Assembly: GCA_030390025.1 (NCBI GenBank)
Contig: CM059432.1
Coordinates: 80,788,001 to 80,852,000 of the forward strand
DNA: 64,000 nt
Direction of reading: 5' to 3'
Source: Squalus acanthias
Lineage: Eukaryota
Both the position numbers and the translations under genes were made by a program. Of the stretch, positions 1 to 12,731 are shown piece by piece. Within the stretch, counting starts at the first letter, position 1, and each line of letters begins with the position of its first letter. A model generated the notes under the pieces. The model searched no databases, was not told the origin of the DNA, and worked only from the letters and a program-made list of their open reading frames with translations.

Positions 1-1877
1 CACAAGTCAATATGAACAACACAACAGGAGCAGTGATAAATTAAGTGCAGCTGTATTACCGCCTCCATTTTAAGCCAATTTTCTTCATGTGTCACAGTAT
101 TCAAGAGAAGCTTTTGTTGGCGGTAGCTGATGTATAGTTATGTTATTAATCTGACTGCACTATTTTATAATACCCCCAGAATTTACTAATCAGATTCGCT
201 ATCTGTGGATTTTAAAGACAATACTATTTACTGCATTGGTGAACTGATTTAAAAGGCTATCAGTGGAACATTGGCAGCATTTTGCCCAGAGTCATTGATT
301 TTAAGATATTTTTCTTCAAGTTAAAACTTTTTGTTAATGTCCAGGTAATTTTAACCGTAAAGACTGGAAGAGAATAAAGAACTAGATCAAGAAAAATATA
401 ATATTGTAGAAAATTATTGTCATTAAAACACTGAAGAAGTAAAAAAAAATCCAACATTTCTCATTCTTTGAGTCTGAGCATCGAAGTGTTGGCTATTTTT
501 AGTAATGTTGTAGCTGTTTGTCACTGGAGCGTTCACTATATCACTATGTTTATATCAAATGGCAGCAGACAGATCAAGCCTGTCATTGTGTTTGGAATGG
601 TTAACTAGTGAGATCTTCATGTAGTAGTCTGGTAACAAACAGCTCACTGTCACAAACATCCTAAAATCGCTGTCCAGACCGGACTTACTATTGCATTTGC
701 TATCTTTTTATTATTTGTAAGCAAGAAAATAGACAAACCTATTGCTTTAATGGTATAGAAGTATATGGTGGTATACAATACTTTTTTCCATGTACTTCTT
801 GTTTTGGGCTCATTTGCCCTACTATAGATTATCGCAACTAAGAATTCATGTACGAATATTTATATGTTAATAATCAACCTGTGTTACATGGGATGACCTG
901 GATATTATAGGATTGATTTTAGGAATGCTACTGGCAGATGGGGAGCTTTGCACGGTGGCTATACCTAATGGGAAATTGCTGCCTGTGATTTTTGATACGC
1001 ACAGCTAGCAGGCCAGGATCCCTGCTGGTAGTGCTCATTCATAAAATTGGCACTTTATAAATAAAACCCACATGTATGGTCAGCAGTTATGAATTAAATG
1101 AGCCATACCTTTGTAATAATGTCTGTATAGATTAATAACAATTATTTTTATCCCAAGTTTGTTTTTAAAAATATAAAATCCCCCATCTGACAGCGCTGTT
1201 TCAGATCATAACATTTTTCTCATTGCTTTGAAAGCTTAAATTTGGCATTTGGTATGAATTATAGTATTGATATCAGATTTTCATAGATGCCAGAATCTTT
1301 GTCAGACTTGAGTTGTTGAGTGAAAGGAACACCTCTGAAACTTAAGAAATCCTCTTATGATACTGGTAGACATACTTTTGCCAGTTAAGTACTATTTACA
1401 CCTGGTACAATTACAGTAAAGTGATTAACATAGCAGTGGATAATTGCTTTAAAACCTGGATTGCTCCCATCAACAGCACCACTGCCTCATCTAATATAAA
1501 CGTAAAGCTCCAAAAAGTGTTAATTCAACTTCAGGCAGCAGCAATTAGTATTAATAAAATCAATCCTGTGCAGCAGATGAGAAGCTAATCAGTCAGATAA
1601 GAAAGAACTGAAACAGGCCTCAGAGCATACTTTCCAGCAAGAAAGCAAAGAAAGAAGTAATTAAGTAGAGTGAGAAACACACCGGCTGAAAGATGCTGAA
1701 TTGCTTTGTATCATCACTCACTAAAATTGGAAAGTATCCCTGCCATTCTCTCCCCTATAGCTAGTTGGCAAGTAGCATTAGTCAATGCCAGCATCTATAA
1801 ACTTTGAATTATGGTTAGCTTCTGGCACCAGTGCTGACAAACTATCAGTAGATAATAAAACTCAAACAAAGAATAAT

Positions 1878-4621
1878 GGCCGGTAAATTCAATAATGGCC
1901 GGTAAATTCAATAAGGCCCAAAAACGGGCGGGGGCCCTGCGAGGCGAGATTTGCTCGTGCCCATTTAGAAAGCGCAGGCAGCACGTTAATTTGGTGCTGC
2001 CTGCTAATTTAAATGATTTTAGTGCACAGCCCAGCGACTATCACGCTGCTTCAGCCTGTGCACCCAGCAGGAGGCCCAAGGTCGCGTCGCTGGAGCGACG
2101 CTGCATTTTCTTAAAGCGAGGCTGTCAGTTTTGAAAGCAACCTCTAACCCTTAAAGCTGAACTGCCTTCTGCACATAGAAAATGGTAAAAGTGCTTCAGC
2201 ACAAACACAAATGGCTCAACAGACCAGGGAAAGGACACCCAGGGTCTCGTACACAGCACTTGAGCTTTGTGCAAGGGGGTCAACACTGTAAGAAAGGTTC
2301 TCTATCCACAGGGGGACCAGGCGACCCTCCAGAAAGAAGGATGTAGGACCAGATCGCCGAGGCCGTCACTGCCAGCACTGTCGCCCCCAGGACCTGGCTC
2401 CAGTGCCCAAAGAAGCCTCATGACCTCTGACCAGTGGTCAAGGTCAGTGAATGCATCTTCAAAAGCCTTCTCCTACCAACTGCACCACCAGCCTCACACA
2501 CTGCTCAATGCACGACTCCCCCCGCCCCCCCCAATCACTCACCTACCAACAATCTCTACCAAACACGAGGCACACCTCATATTCCTAGCTTCACCTCACC
2601 CCCTTGGAGGAAACAGTGCTGGCCATTCTTGGCAGGGGCATGGCTGTAACCTTGGCCAGCGGCGGGACTGAACGAATGCAAGATGCCAGTATCCTCATAC
2701 ATTATCCTCCTTCTCACAATCTCTTCTGATGTACAAGCTGCACATAGTATAAGCATGCACCTCTTGCTTTCCCACCCTCCCCTCACCACAACCCTACCCG
2801 TAGGCCTTCCTCATTTCAGACACCCAAGAAATCCAGCCTGCCCAGCCAGTGGTTGACCAAGAGGAGAATGAAGAAGTAGAAGAAGAAACAACTCCATCAC
2901 TCGATTTCACACTCCCAGCCACCAGCTCCTCGAGTTCGTCCTGCAAGGCCATCTGCAGTGTCCCCCACTGAAAGTCAGCAGCCTTCCACCAGCCATGCTG
3001 CAGCTACTGGGTAAACACTGCGTAACATCAGTAGGATAGGCAGAGGCACACGCAAGACAGTCACTAAGGGAATGCACAAGGGTGACCAGTTCATTTTTTG
3101 ATGTAATCTTGGATGCAAATATGGATAAAGTTGGATTGGAAAGTTTGGTTAGTGGTGGCTTTTATTTCAGCATTGTGGCCAAGAGGACACTGTGATGGTC
3201 AGTAACAGAGGGAAGATAAGGTGTGGGAATAATGTTGAAAGGGGAATTGGGGTTGTGTTCACTGGCACCGCAGGCAGATGATTAGATCCCGATATCCCGG
3301 CCAGAAAGGGGCTGTCTGGGTTACCTCCTTCCTTCCACTTCCTCCTCTTCTGCTTTTTCCTCTTCTGCTTCTTCCTTTTCTGCTTCTTCCTCTTGGGGAG
3401 AAAGCGGGAATATGGTATTGAGATAGAGGATCAGCCATGATCATATTGAATGGCGGCGCAGGCTCGAAGGGCCGAATGGCCTACTCCAGCTCCTATTTTT
3501 CTATGTTTCTATGTTTCTTCCCTCTGCGAGCAGCTTGTCCCCTTTGCTGCCTCTGCTCCATCTCCATATCATGCTGCAGCCCAAGGGGGACTGCAATAAG
3601 AGCCCCCAGAACTGGAAGCAAGTGGTGTTCTCAGAGGCCTTGATTTAACATCCAAAGCCTTGCAAGCGTCCAGTAGTCCTACCTGCACACTTGAACAATT
3701 TTTATATGTATTGCACCAAGCCACTACTCCAATAAAATGTAAAAAAAAAGCTGAAATCGAAACTTACCTGAAAGATGTGTGTGTCCCTTTAAGAAGCGCC
3801 GACAGCATCTCTTTAGTACTGCTGCATGCATGTTCTTCCATGCGTGGTTAGGAGGGGGTGGTATGCAGAGCAGCGATATCCAAAATCGCATTCATGCATC
3901 AATTAAGGCGTTGCATGCCAATTGTGAAGATGCATTCACTGACCTTGACCACTGGTATGAGGTCATGAAACTTATTTTGGCATAGAAGCCAGGTCCTGGG
4001 GGGTGACACTGCTGGCAGTGACGGCCTCGGTGATCTGGTCCCACATCGTTCTTTCTGGAGGGCCTCCTGGCCTCTTTGGGTAGAGGACTTCTCTTGCCGT
4101 GTTGACCCCTTGCACAAAGCTCAAGTGCAGCGTGCGAGACCCTGGGTCCCCTTTCCATGGCTTGTTGAGCCATTTGTGTTAGTGCTGAAGCACTTTTATC
4201 ATTTTTTCATGTTGAGAAGGCAGTTCAGCTTTAAGAGCTGAAGACTGCCATTTTGTAATTTTTTTTTTCAGAAGGTAGTTGAGCTCTTAGGGCTAAAGAG
4301 TGGCTATTTTTAAATGATTTTTATTTTTTTCATTTTAGAATGTAGCTCCCCTTTTAGTGCTCGAGACTGCTTTCTAAAATGACAGGCTAGCTTTAAGACA
4401 ACACTGCCTTGCTTCAGGGACGCTACAGTCACGATACATTGGGCCTCCTGCTGAGCGTTCCGCCCAAAACAGCACATTGCACGGTAGGTTCTGCACTCCG
4501 ATCATTTAAATCAGCTGGCCGCACCGAAATAACAGTGCGGCCTGCGCTCTTTTTACAGGCGAGAGTTAACCTCGCCCATGGTGGTGCCGCCCATTTTCCC
4601 GCGCTGTCGGATGTCTAGGCC
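1878..4621. mobile_element. Composite non-autonomous Harbinger derivative with degenerate Myb-gene remnants in both orientations
   Basis: Termini GGCCGGTAAATT...GATGTCTAGGCC. 2150-3920 parallels 22930-24560, and 3925-4621 parallels 56700-57407. A short CR1 3'-tail fragment lies at ~3420-3515. Confidence 0.7.
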
Positions 4622-7600
4622 AAAATGTGACAACAGGAAGTAAGGTTTGTAGACCCGAAGTGAACACACATGTAATGCACACAAGTTACAGTTTTAATGC
4701 TATTGCATTATCACCTTCCATGCATTCCACTGGCAAACCAATGGCTGCAGAACATGAGATCATGTTTGCCACTTTATCTGTTATTGATGTACCTTTATGG
4801 TAATCTTTTTTTTTTATGTGTATTTTTACATTACTTGAAATGCAGATGAAAGCACTTCTAAGGCACATTTACTATTAGCAAGCATTTTCTGCTTAATAGA
4901 TGCACGGTGAATTTACTAGAACATTGTATTGATGTGAATGATCTTGTAACATACACCAGTCAGTAACTTTTAGATGGATCCCTTTCAGCAGGTAAGGAAA
5001 CTCATTTATCTGATGGGGAATTATGTCCACATTCATCCCCTTCAGAAAAGTGATCGGTAGTGTTTACTGGCATTACATTTCTTTCCTTATCTGATACTTC
5101 AGTAAGTACTTTGAATAATTAATATTTGCTTAGCCTGTTGTGCGGTCATGATTTTCCAATTAAACGCTAGAATTGCATTTTAGCCAAATGACTTAAATAC
5201 AAAACAAGTTGTAAAAAGAAACTTATGAAGTATGTATGTAAATATTTTTCCAATATCTTGAATTAAATCAAAAAACCTCTTTCACGTGCCCACTGATGAC
5301 ACCCAGCAGGCAGTGCGGGCAAAGGAGCCATCATACTGCCTTTGAAATTGACTGCAAGTTTGGGATCTCCGCACATGCTGGCGTGTGCGCTAAATCCCGA
5401 ACTTGTGATCTGTCAAGTTTCGACTCCGCATCGGCTTTGCTGCACGTTTCACCTACCCATTGAAATCAATGTGTTGGCGAAAAGTTGGGCTAATTGCCCA
5501 ACTACTGCGAATTAATTACGCTGGAAATTTTTACGGTTGCTGCAAAGAGGAGCAGGAATCTGTTTGCACAGCGTAAGGGGAGGGGGTGAGAAAATTGTAT
5601 CGGTATTAATTATCTTGAAATTAAATTAACAATATGCCTTCTTGGTTTACCTCGCCTCTTTTGTCAAAACCCACTAGAATAAGCATTAAGACGCAATGAC
5701 TCTGAATGACCTTACCCTCGGCAAGTTCGCTTACCATTCCTTTCGTCTTTTATCGATTTTTAAACGGATATGTTTTCCTTTATACTAATGCTGTGCGTTA
5801 TTTGAAATATTCATCGGGATATAAAATTATGAATCCAACATGGTATAAATCTATCGCTGTTCATATAGCTTTATTTTAACAATCCTTTTATAGTTTCCAG
5901 TTTTAACGGAATAGGAAAATTCAACGTTTTTGGTATTTGATTACCTGGCTTGCAAGCGCAGAGATGAACTTGTTTCACTTGTGTTTTGTGTAAGTTAAAT
6001 ATTTAAATACCAATAGCATCCTCTTTATAGTGTGTCTTTACAAGTGAATGCTACACAAAAAACTGGGAACATCAACAACCACAAATCTCCTCTGTTTCTT
6101 GATTGGCTAAGAGTCGGGAAGTGAAAGGAGCACCGCCCCACGTGATGCCAGGTACGCTTACGCACAACGGTGCGCTCATGGGATCCGTGGGCTACTATGC
6201 TGCACACAACTCCGGAGCGAAACAACACAAGTTCTCGAAGGGGCGTTCGCGCCAGTTAAGTGCGGAGTTCCAACTGATAGCGGCGTACCCCTTAGCTGCA
6301 CCGCCGACCACAAATTCAGGGCCATGGTCTCAGTTGTGATCACATCTGCCTCTCTTGTCTTGCCTTATCCTTTAAGTTGTGCAGTGTGATTCAAAGCACT
6401 GAAGGAATTCCCAGCCTGAGAACATTGTTTGCTGCAAATGAAATTGCAGGGGGCAAGCATGACTGTTGCAGGAAAAGAAATAATTTTTTTTTAATTGCTA
6501 TGCAAAAAATGTGCCAAATAAAGCAACAGGAGTTAATGTACAAAGGAAAATGCAGCATAAACTAGTTTTCACTGAACAAAATTAAACTTTGCAACCAAAA
6601 ACAGAAACTGCTATACAGCTTTAAGAAGCCTACTTTTATAGGATAGAACAGCCAAACAATCATGGTTCATTTTATGTGGGCGACCTGTGCTACAGAGGAA
6701 AAGCTGGCGAGAATAATGTGGAAACCACATGGGACCAATCAACAACAATTTTACAAGTATTATGAGGCTTGCGCTGAACTCCAGTGCAGATTTCCAAAAG
6801 CTGCCCATTTTCTTTGCTGTGAAATACAATGTGCAGGCACACTGTACACAGGCCCACACTCGCTGCTCAAGATGCCCAACGCTGCTAGCAGAGCCTCATA
6901 AAATCGGGGCTATTAAGTAATCTTCGTCATTGTATATTACCCTGTCCATTCAGTTCTGGCACCTCCACTGCCACCGTGGGTGATATCAACTATCGCAGTA
7001 CAATCAGGATTGAATTTCGAAAACAGTTATTTAAACAACATTGTACTTGTGACAGTTATTTAAGTATATTTTTCAATTATATGGTAAAATTTATGGCTAT
7101 GTTGCTACAGAATAAATGCCTGAATTTTTATTGGACAGATAATGTAAAAATGATTTTCATAGTTCCCCCCCTGCTAAAATTGAGACTTAGCAAAAGAAAG
7201 TTCTTAATTAGTAAAGCATCTTTTTTATTCATGCCATGTCAAAGTATGTCAAAGAAATCTATTGAGAATTGGAGCAATGTGGTGGCAAATTTTTGGAGTT
7301 TAAAGTGGGTGCCTTATCATTAGGGTACCTTTTCAAAATCAAACCTTCACAAAGATTATGATTTTTTGCTTTCATAAACCTTTATTAATGAATATATATT
7401 TAAATCTTTTTAACATGGAGCAACAGGATTAAAAAGAAAAGACAAATAATATAATCACAATAAAACAACACTCCCACTGGGAGATCTGGTTATTTACATA
7501 CATCTTTAAAACACTTCACATTTAATGGAAATACCCCAGCCAAATGTATAATTATAGTGGCAAATTCCTTACTGAAAAGATACTGGGGGAGCAGTGAGAA

Positions 7601-8092
7601 AAACATGAATAATGAGCGCTGTTGGAGGATCTAACTTGAAGAATTTGAGCTGACTGTACAACGAAAATGAATTGATGTTCACAATTGATATGACACGATC
7701 ACTGAAGCATCCTGGATTAATAACCATATCTGGATCTCCCTCACACCAGGAGGCTCAGTAACTATTCCCAGCCAACAACATCATTTTTTTCCAGCTCTGC
7801 TCTGCTCTGCTCATTTCTCTCAATTTGTAAGTATTGAATTGTTTAGACACTGAGGGTTGATAACATAACTGGGGATACTGACTGAAAGGAGTCACTGCCA
7901 TTATTGCAAAAGAAACAGTCACAAGCCTAGGAAAGACTTTATTGGAGCTCCTGTACTATCCACTCAATCGACTATAATTCATGCGCGAGGCCACAAAGTG
8001 AGTATTGACCGGCCATTCATTTGTGGATGATATCACAGGTGAACTGATCCTCAACTTCATATTTTCTAACGGGGTCAGTGGACAGTAATCCT

Positions 8093-8936
8093 TCTTCTTC
8101 TTAGGCAATCCCTCGGAACCGAAGATGACTTGCTTCCACATTAAAAATGGGTTCTCAGGTGACTGATGAGTCCAATGCGGGACCTACAGTCTCTGTCACA
8201 GGTGGGGCAGACGGTGGTTGAAGGGGCAGGTGGGTGGGGTGCTTGGGTTGACGTGCGCTCCTTGCGCTGCCTGCGCTTGGCTTCCGCTTGCTCCCGGCGA
8301 AGAGACTCGAGGTGTTCGGCGCCTTCCCGGATGCTTCTCCTCCACTTTGTGCGGTCTTGGGCCAGGGATTCCCAGGTGTCGGTGGGGATGTTACACTTTT
8401 TCAAGGAGGCTTTGAGGGTGTCCTTGAAGCGTTTCCTCTGCCCACCTGGGGCTCTCTTGTCGTGCCGGAGCTCCGAGTAGAGCGCTTGTTTTGGGAGTCT
8501 CGTATCACAGAATCACAGAATCCCCACAGTGCAGATAGAGGCCATTTCGGCCCATCGAGCCTGCACCGACACATATCCCACCCTATCCCCGTAACCCCAT
8601 GTATTTAATCCCCCCTAACACTAAGGGTCAATTTATCATAGCCAAATCAACCTAACCTGCACATCTTTGGACTGTGGGAGGAAACCGGAGCACCCGGAGG
8701 AAACCCACGCAGACACGGGGAGAATGTGCAAACTCCACACAGACAGTCACCCGAGGCCAGATTCGAACCCAGGTCCCTGGCGCTGTGAGGCAACAGTGCT
8801 AACCACTATGCCACCATATCGGGCATGTGGACAATGTGACCCGTCCATCGGAGCTGATCGAGCGTGGTCAAAGCTTCGATGCTGGGGATGTTGGCCTGAG
8901 CAAGAACACTGACGTTGGTGCGCCTATCCTGCCAAT
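8093..8936 (-). mobile_element. RTE-clade LINE 3' fragment, interrupted by a SINE
   Basis: ORF 8141-8404 ends in CPTCDRDCRSRIGLISHLRTH (the CCHH-type RTE C-terminus) and there is an (AAG)n-like tail. The same family appears at 58530-58768. Confidence 0.8.
8505..8815 (-). mobile_element. tRNA-derived SINE with CR1-like tail
   Basis: On the minus strand it starts GGTGGCATAGTGGTTAGCACTG (A-box-like), has GGTTCGAATC (B-box) and ends in an (ATTCTGTG)n tail. Confidence 0.7.
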
Positions 8937-9897
8937 GACAAAAGTGAGAAGTCGCACAACACCAGGTTATAGTCCAACAGTTTTATTTGAAATCACAAGC
9001 TTTCAGAGCTGCTGCCCCTTCGTCAGGTGAAGTAAAGGAATACGAATCGACAAAGCATATATAGATAGAGAACAATGCATGTGTAGCGTACAATGTCAGA
9101 CGACTACATTTAATCCTCATGACTGCCTTTCGTCACACCTCGGCAGAGAAACAATCAGGTCAGCCAGGAAGGCACCACATCAAAGACATAGCAAGACACA
9201 ACTGAGACAATGAGGTGGGGTTGCAGGGGGTCTAATGTGTCAAATGCTGCAGTCTGTATGGAAAACGATAAACTTTAAAATTTTTACTTTTTTTTACTGG
9301 AAATCACATCTGTGAACAAGCCAACGACGACTCGAGTCTGGATGACTCTACGGCATGTATCGTGACATGAACCCTAGATCCCGGTTGAAGCCGTCCTCAT
9401 GAGTGCGGAACTTGGCTATCAGTTTCTGCTCGATGATTTTGCGTTGTCGTGTGTCTCGAAGGCCACCTTGGAGAACGCTTACCCGCAGATCCGAGGCTGA
9501 ATGTCCTTGACTGCTGAAGTGTTCCCCGACTGGGAGGGAACCCTCCTGCCTGGCGATTGTTGCGCGGTGTCCGTTCATACGTTGTCTCAGTGTCTGCATG
9601 GTCTCGCCGATGTACCATGCTCTGGGGCATCCTTTCCTGCAACGTATCAGGTAGACAACGTTGGCCGAGTCACATGAGTATGTACCATGTACCTGGTGGG
9701 TAGTGTCCTCACGTGTGATGATGGTATCTGTGTTGATGATCTGGCATGTCTTGCAGAGGTTGCTGTGGCAGGGTTGTGTGGTGTCGTGGTCGCTGTTATC
9801 CTGAAAGCTGGGTAATTTGCTGCGAACGATGGTACTTCTGAGGTTAGGTGGCTGTTTGAAGGCGAGTAGTGGAGGCGTGGGGATGGCCTTAGCGAGG
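8937..9897 (-). mobile_element. Penelope-like element, GIY-YIG endonuclease end plus 3' terminal region
   Basis: ORF contains NVVYLIRCRKGCPRAWYIGET...RMNGHR...VGEHF...EQKLIAKF...GFN. Confidence 0.88.
8993..9030 (-). ncRNA. Minimal type I hammerhead ribozyme motif in Penelope terminus
   Basis: The minus strand reads TCAC-CTGACGA-A-GGGGC agca GCTCT-GAAAGCT-T-GTGA. This gives an intact CUGANGA/GAAA core, stem I TCAC/GTGA, stem II and a palindromic AGCT stem III. Confidence 0.7.
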
Positions 9898-11935
9898 AAT
9901 CCTGTATGCACTGTAAAAACTTGATTCCCTTTTCTCCTTTTGCTACTTCTTCCTACTAGTTTGTTTGGGGGTAGTTGAAATGTAGGGTAAGGAGGCAGTT
10001 TGTAGTAGATTAAAGATATAAGAAAAATAGAAAGAAGGAACTTGCATTTATATAACACCTTATCACATCTCTCAGAATGTCTTGAAGCAACTCATGTGCA
10101 AAGAATTGCTTTTCAAGTGCTGTCAGTGTAGTTATGTAGTTAAAGAGTCCCATTGTAATTAAAAATACAATGTGATTCTTTTATAGTGAAATCTTGTGTC
10201 AAAACATAATTTTACCATATCAGAAAATTCACCGATTCTGGAGTTTGCTAGTTGAGTGTAACTAAAAAACATTTTGATGAAATGGAAAAAATAGCAAGTT
10301 CAAGTCGTAATAGTGCCATCAAGCAACACTGACTCACCAATAACATGCTTGCTGACACTGATTTTGGGATCTGCCAGACACGTGGCTCCAGACCTTATCA
10401 CAGCCTTGATCCAAGAGCTGAATGCCAGGGGAGAGGCGAGGGTAGCTGCCCTCGACTTCAAGGGCATCACCCTGCTCTTTAATATCACACTGCGTAAACA
10501 TTAAACCTACATTATCTCCAGTTACTAGTATACACGTCCTGATGCAAATCCTTTAGGATTTTTACTGAAGGCTGTCTTCAATTCGTGTGCTGGAAGGTAG
10601 TCATTTACTGAGTACATGTGCTGAGACTAATTTCTAGGGTAAATATATCAGGACGGGTAATTCAGTAATTCGATATAGTCCTAATTCAATGTTAAAGAAG
10701 CCTGATATAAAAGAGCAGCTTGACCTGAATCTCCAATCTTCCAGTTGAGAACTGCACTGAGGAAAAGATACAGGATGTCTTATTCTGATGTATGATGAGA
10801 TAAAATAACTCCTGGCTTTTTATACTGTGTTTCACAAAACTGAAAATTAAAAATCTGTAGCTATAGTATAATGGCAGTTTAAGAAAATTAACCAGTCAGA
10901 GATCAAGTGCTTTTAGAGATAGATACTGGTTCCTGTAGAATTGTGAGGCAAAGTCACTTCTCTTTTTGGGCTAGGTAATGGAAGATTATCATTCATTATA
11001 AATATGAGCCGATAATAGTTTCACTATATTAGGAATGGATTCATTTTTTGCACAATAAATTAATTGGATTTACTTGCACCAAAAGAAGTTTCACTTCATC
11101 CCAGTTGACTATAAACAGTTTCCATTTTACGAGGTGATGCTTTATAAACAGCCATAGTTGTAATCCTTTGGTATTATAGAGGTCAGATCTATAAAAGTAA
11201 AAAGCCATGAATAATTAAATTGTTTATGGTAAGTAAGATTGAGTGAAATATTTGTAGCATAAATTTGAATGGTATTCAGTTAACACGTCCTTTTTCTATT
11301 AGTATGCAATAAGTGTGAATTATTGAGGTATAATTAATCAGTTAATATGGTTATAAATTTGAGACCAATGTTTGACATGTCAGCAATTAAATTATCTATT
11401 CCAGTAAGGTATGTACAATTGTAAGTGTTCTGTGGAACGGATGAGGTAAATTAATTAGAACACATGTGGTACAGTTGGTCGAGGTAGTTCACACTGTAGA
11501 AAAATACAAACCTGACAAGGGGATACATTTTATGATTACATGCTTCCAACACAGAACTTTGCATGACAGGAAGGTATGTCGGAAATTTGGTTGCGGGGGT
11601 CTTTGTGCCTGATTTGCGGCCCACATGATTTTCTGTCCATTAAAATCAAAAATCGTACAGCCATCAAATAAGGCACGTTGATCTTCATACCTGAATTCCC
11701 GATATGCACTCCAGTTACACAAAGTCCTGCACTTTTAGATCATAAAATTTATCTCAAAGTGTTCTGATTTTCTTCCTATTAACACAAAGTAGAAGCATTA
11801 ACTGCAGGCAAGGTAGATAACTTTGTAATTGTCTTGATTACCTATTGTAGCCAGTTTAGTTCAATTCTAAAGTTTGTTTAAATGATGAGACAATAACAGA
11901 GGAGGTTAAATCTCATGGTGCAGTGTCAGCACAAA

Positions 11936-12687
11936 ATGCAGAAATTCGGGTCTCCATGGGTGAGTACGCGCTGTGTACTCACCCGTAGGGCCACCGGACA
12001 TGCCGGTTTCTTGCATGCATGGGAAACCAGAACTTCCGGTCTCGTGAAAGAAGGGGTTCGAGGGTCAACCGCGTGCGCCGGAGAGGCAGCGCGCACGCAG
12101 CGAACTTCGGGTTTTTTTTCAGGTTTCTCCGTGAGGGTAAGTATGGAGCAGCTGCGCAGGAAAAAAGAGGCGCAAGGCCTGCTTTTAACAAGGTAAGTGG
12201 TGAATTAAGTACAATTTAAACATATTTTCAACAGGTTTATCTTTTTTACATACTTTAAAGAAAGGTAAGTTTATTTTTAGCACCGTTAAAAAGTGTAATT
12301 AATTTTTTCAAAAATTTAAATTTTTGTTTAAAGTATTTAATTTATGTAATTTATAGTTATTTTTAAAATGTGATGTTTTTTTTAAATTTATTTGAAGTTT
12401 AAGTGAGGTTTTGGGGCCGATCTCTATTCATAGATTTGACAGGTCTTCCTGTCAAAATCTATGAATGGAGATTCCCTGCTCCGATTGGCTCTCCATGGCC
12501 CACGTGATCCCAGGGGACGCTTCGAACTAACTGCGCCCCTGGGATATGCAAGCACTGCGCGCCGGCAGCTGCAGGAGGCCCAGGAGCCGAAGTCCACGCG
12601 GGCCCGAAGCACAACGGCAGGCGCGGTAGGTAAGTACGCGTGCGATCCTTGCACCCGCGGGAAGCCGGAGAGCCGAATTTCTGGCCC
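11936..12687. mobile_element. Harbinger-type MITE with AT-rich core
   Basis: Inverted ends CAGAAATTCGG...CCGAATTTCTG with extended imperfect inverted GC-rich arms. Confidence 0.65.
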
Positions 12688-12731
12688 ATTAAATTTCAGA
12701 GGATTAACACCTCTTTAAAAAAAACTCCAAA

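Noticed and set aside
5280..6912. Further MITE-like segments ending at ~6323 and ~6912
   Set aside because: They are probably real repeats, but I could not define their left ends or TSDs confidently.
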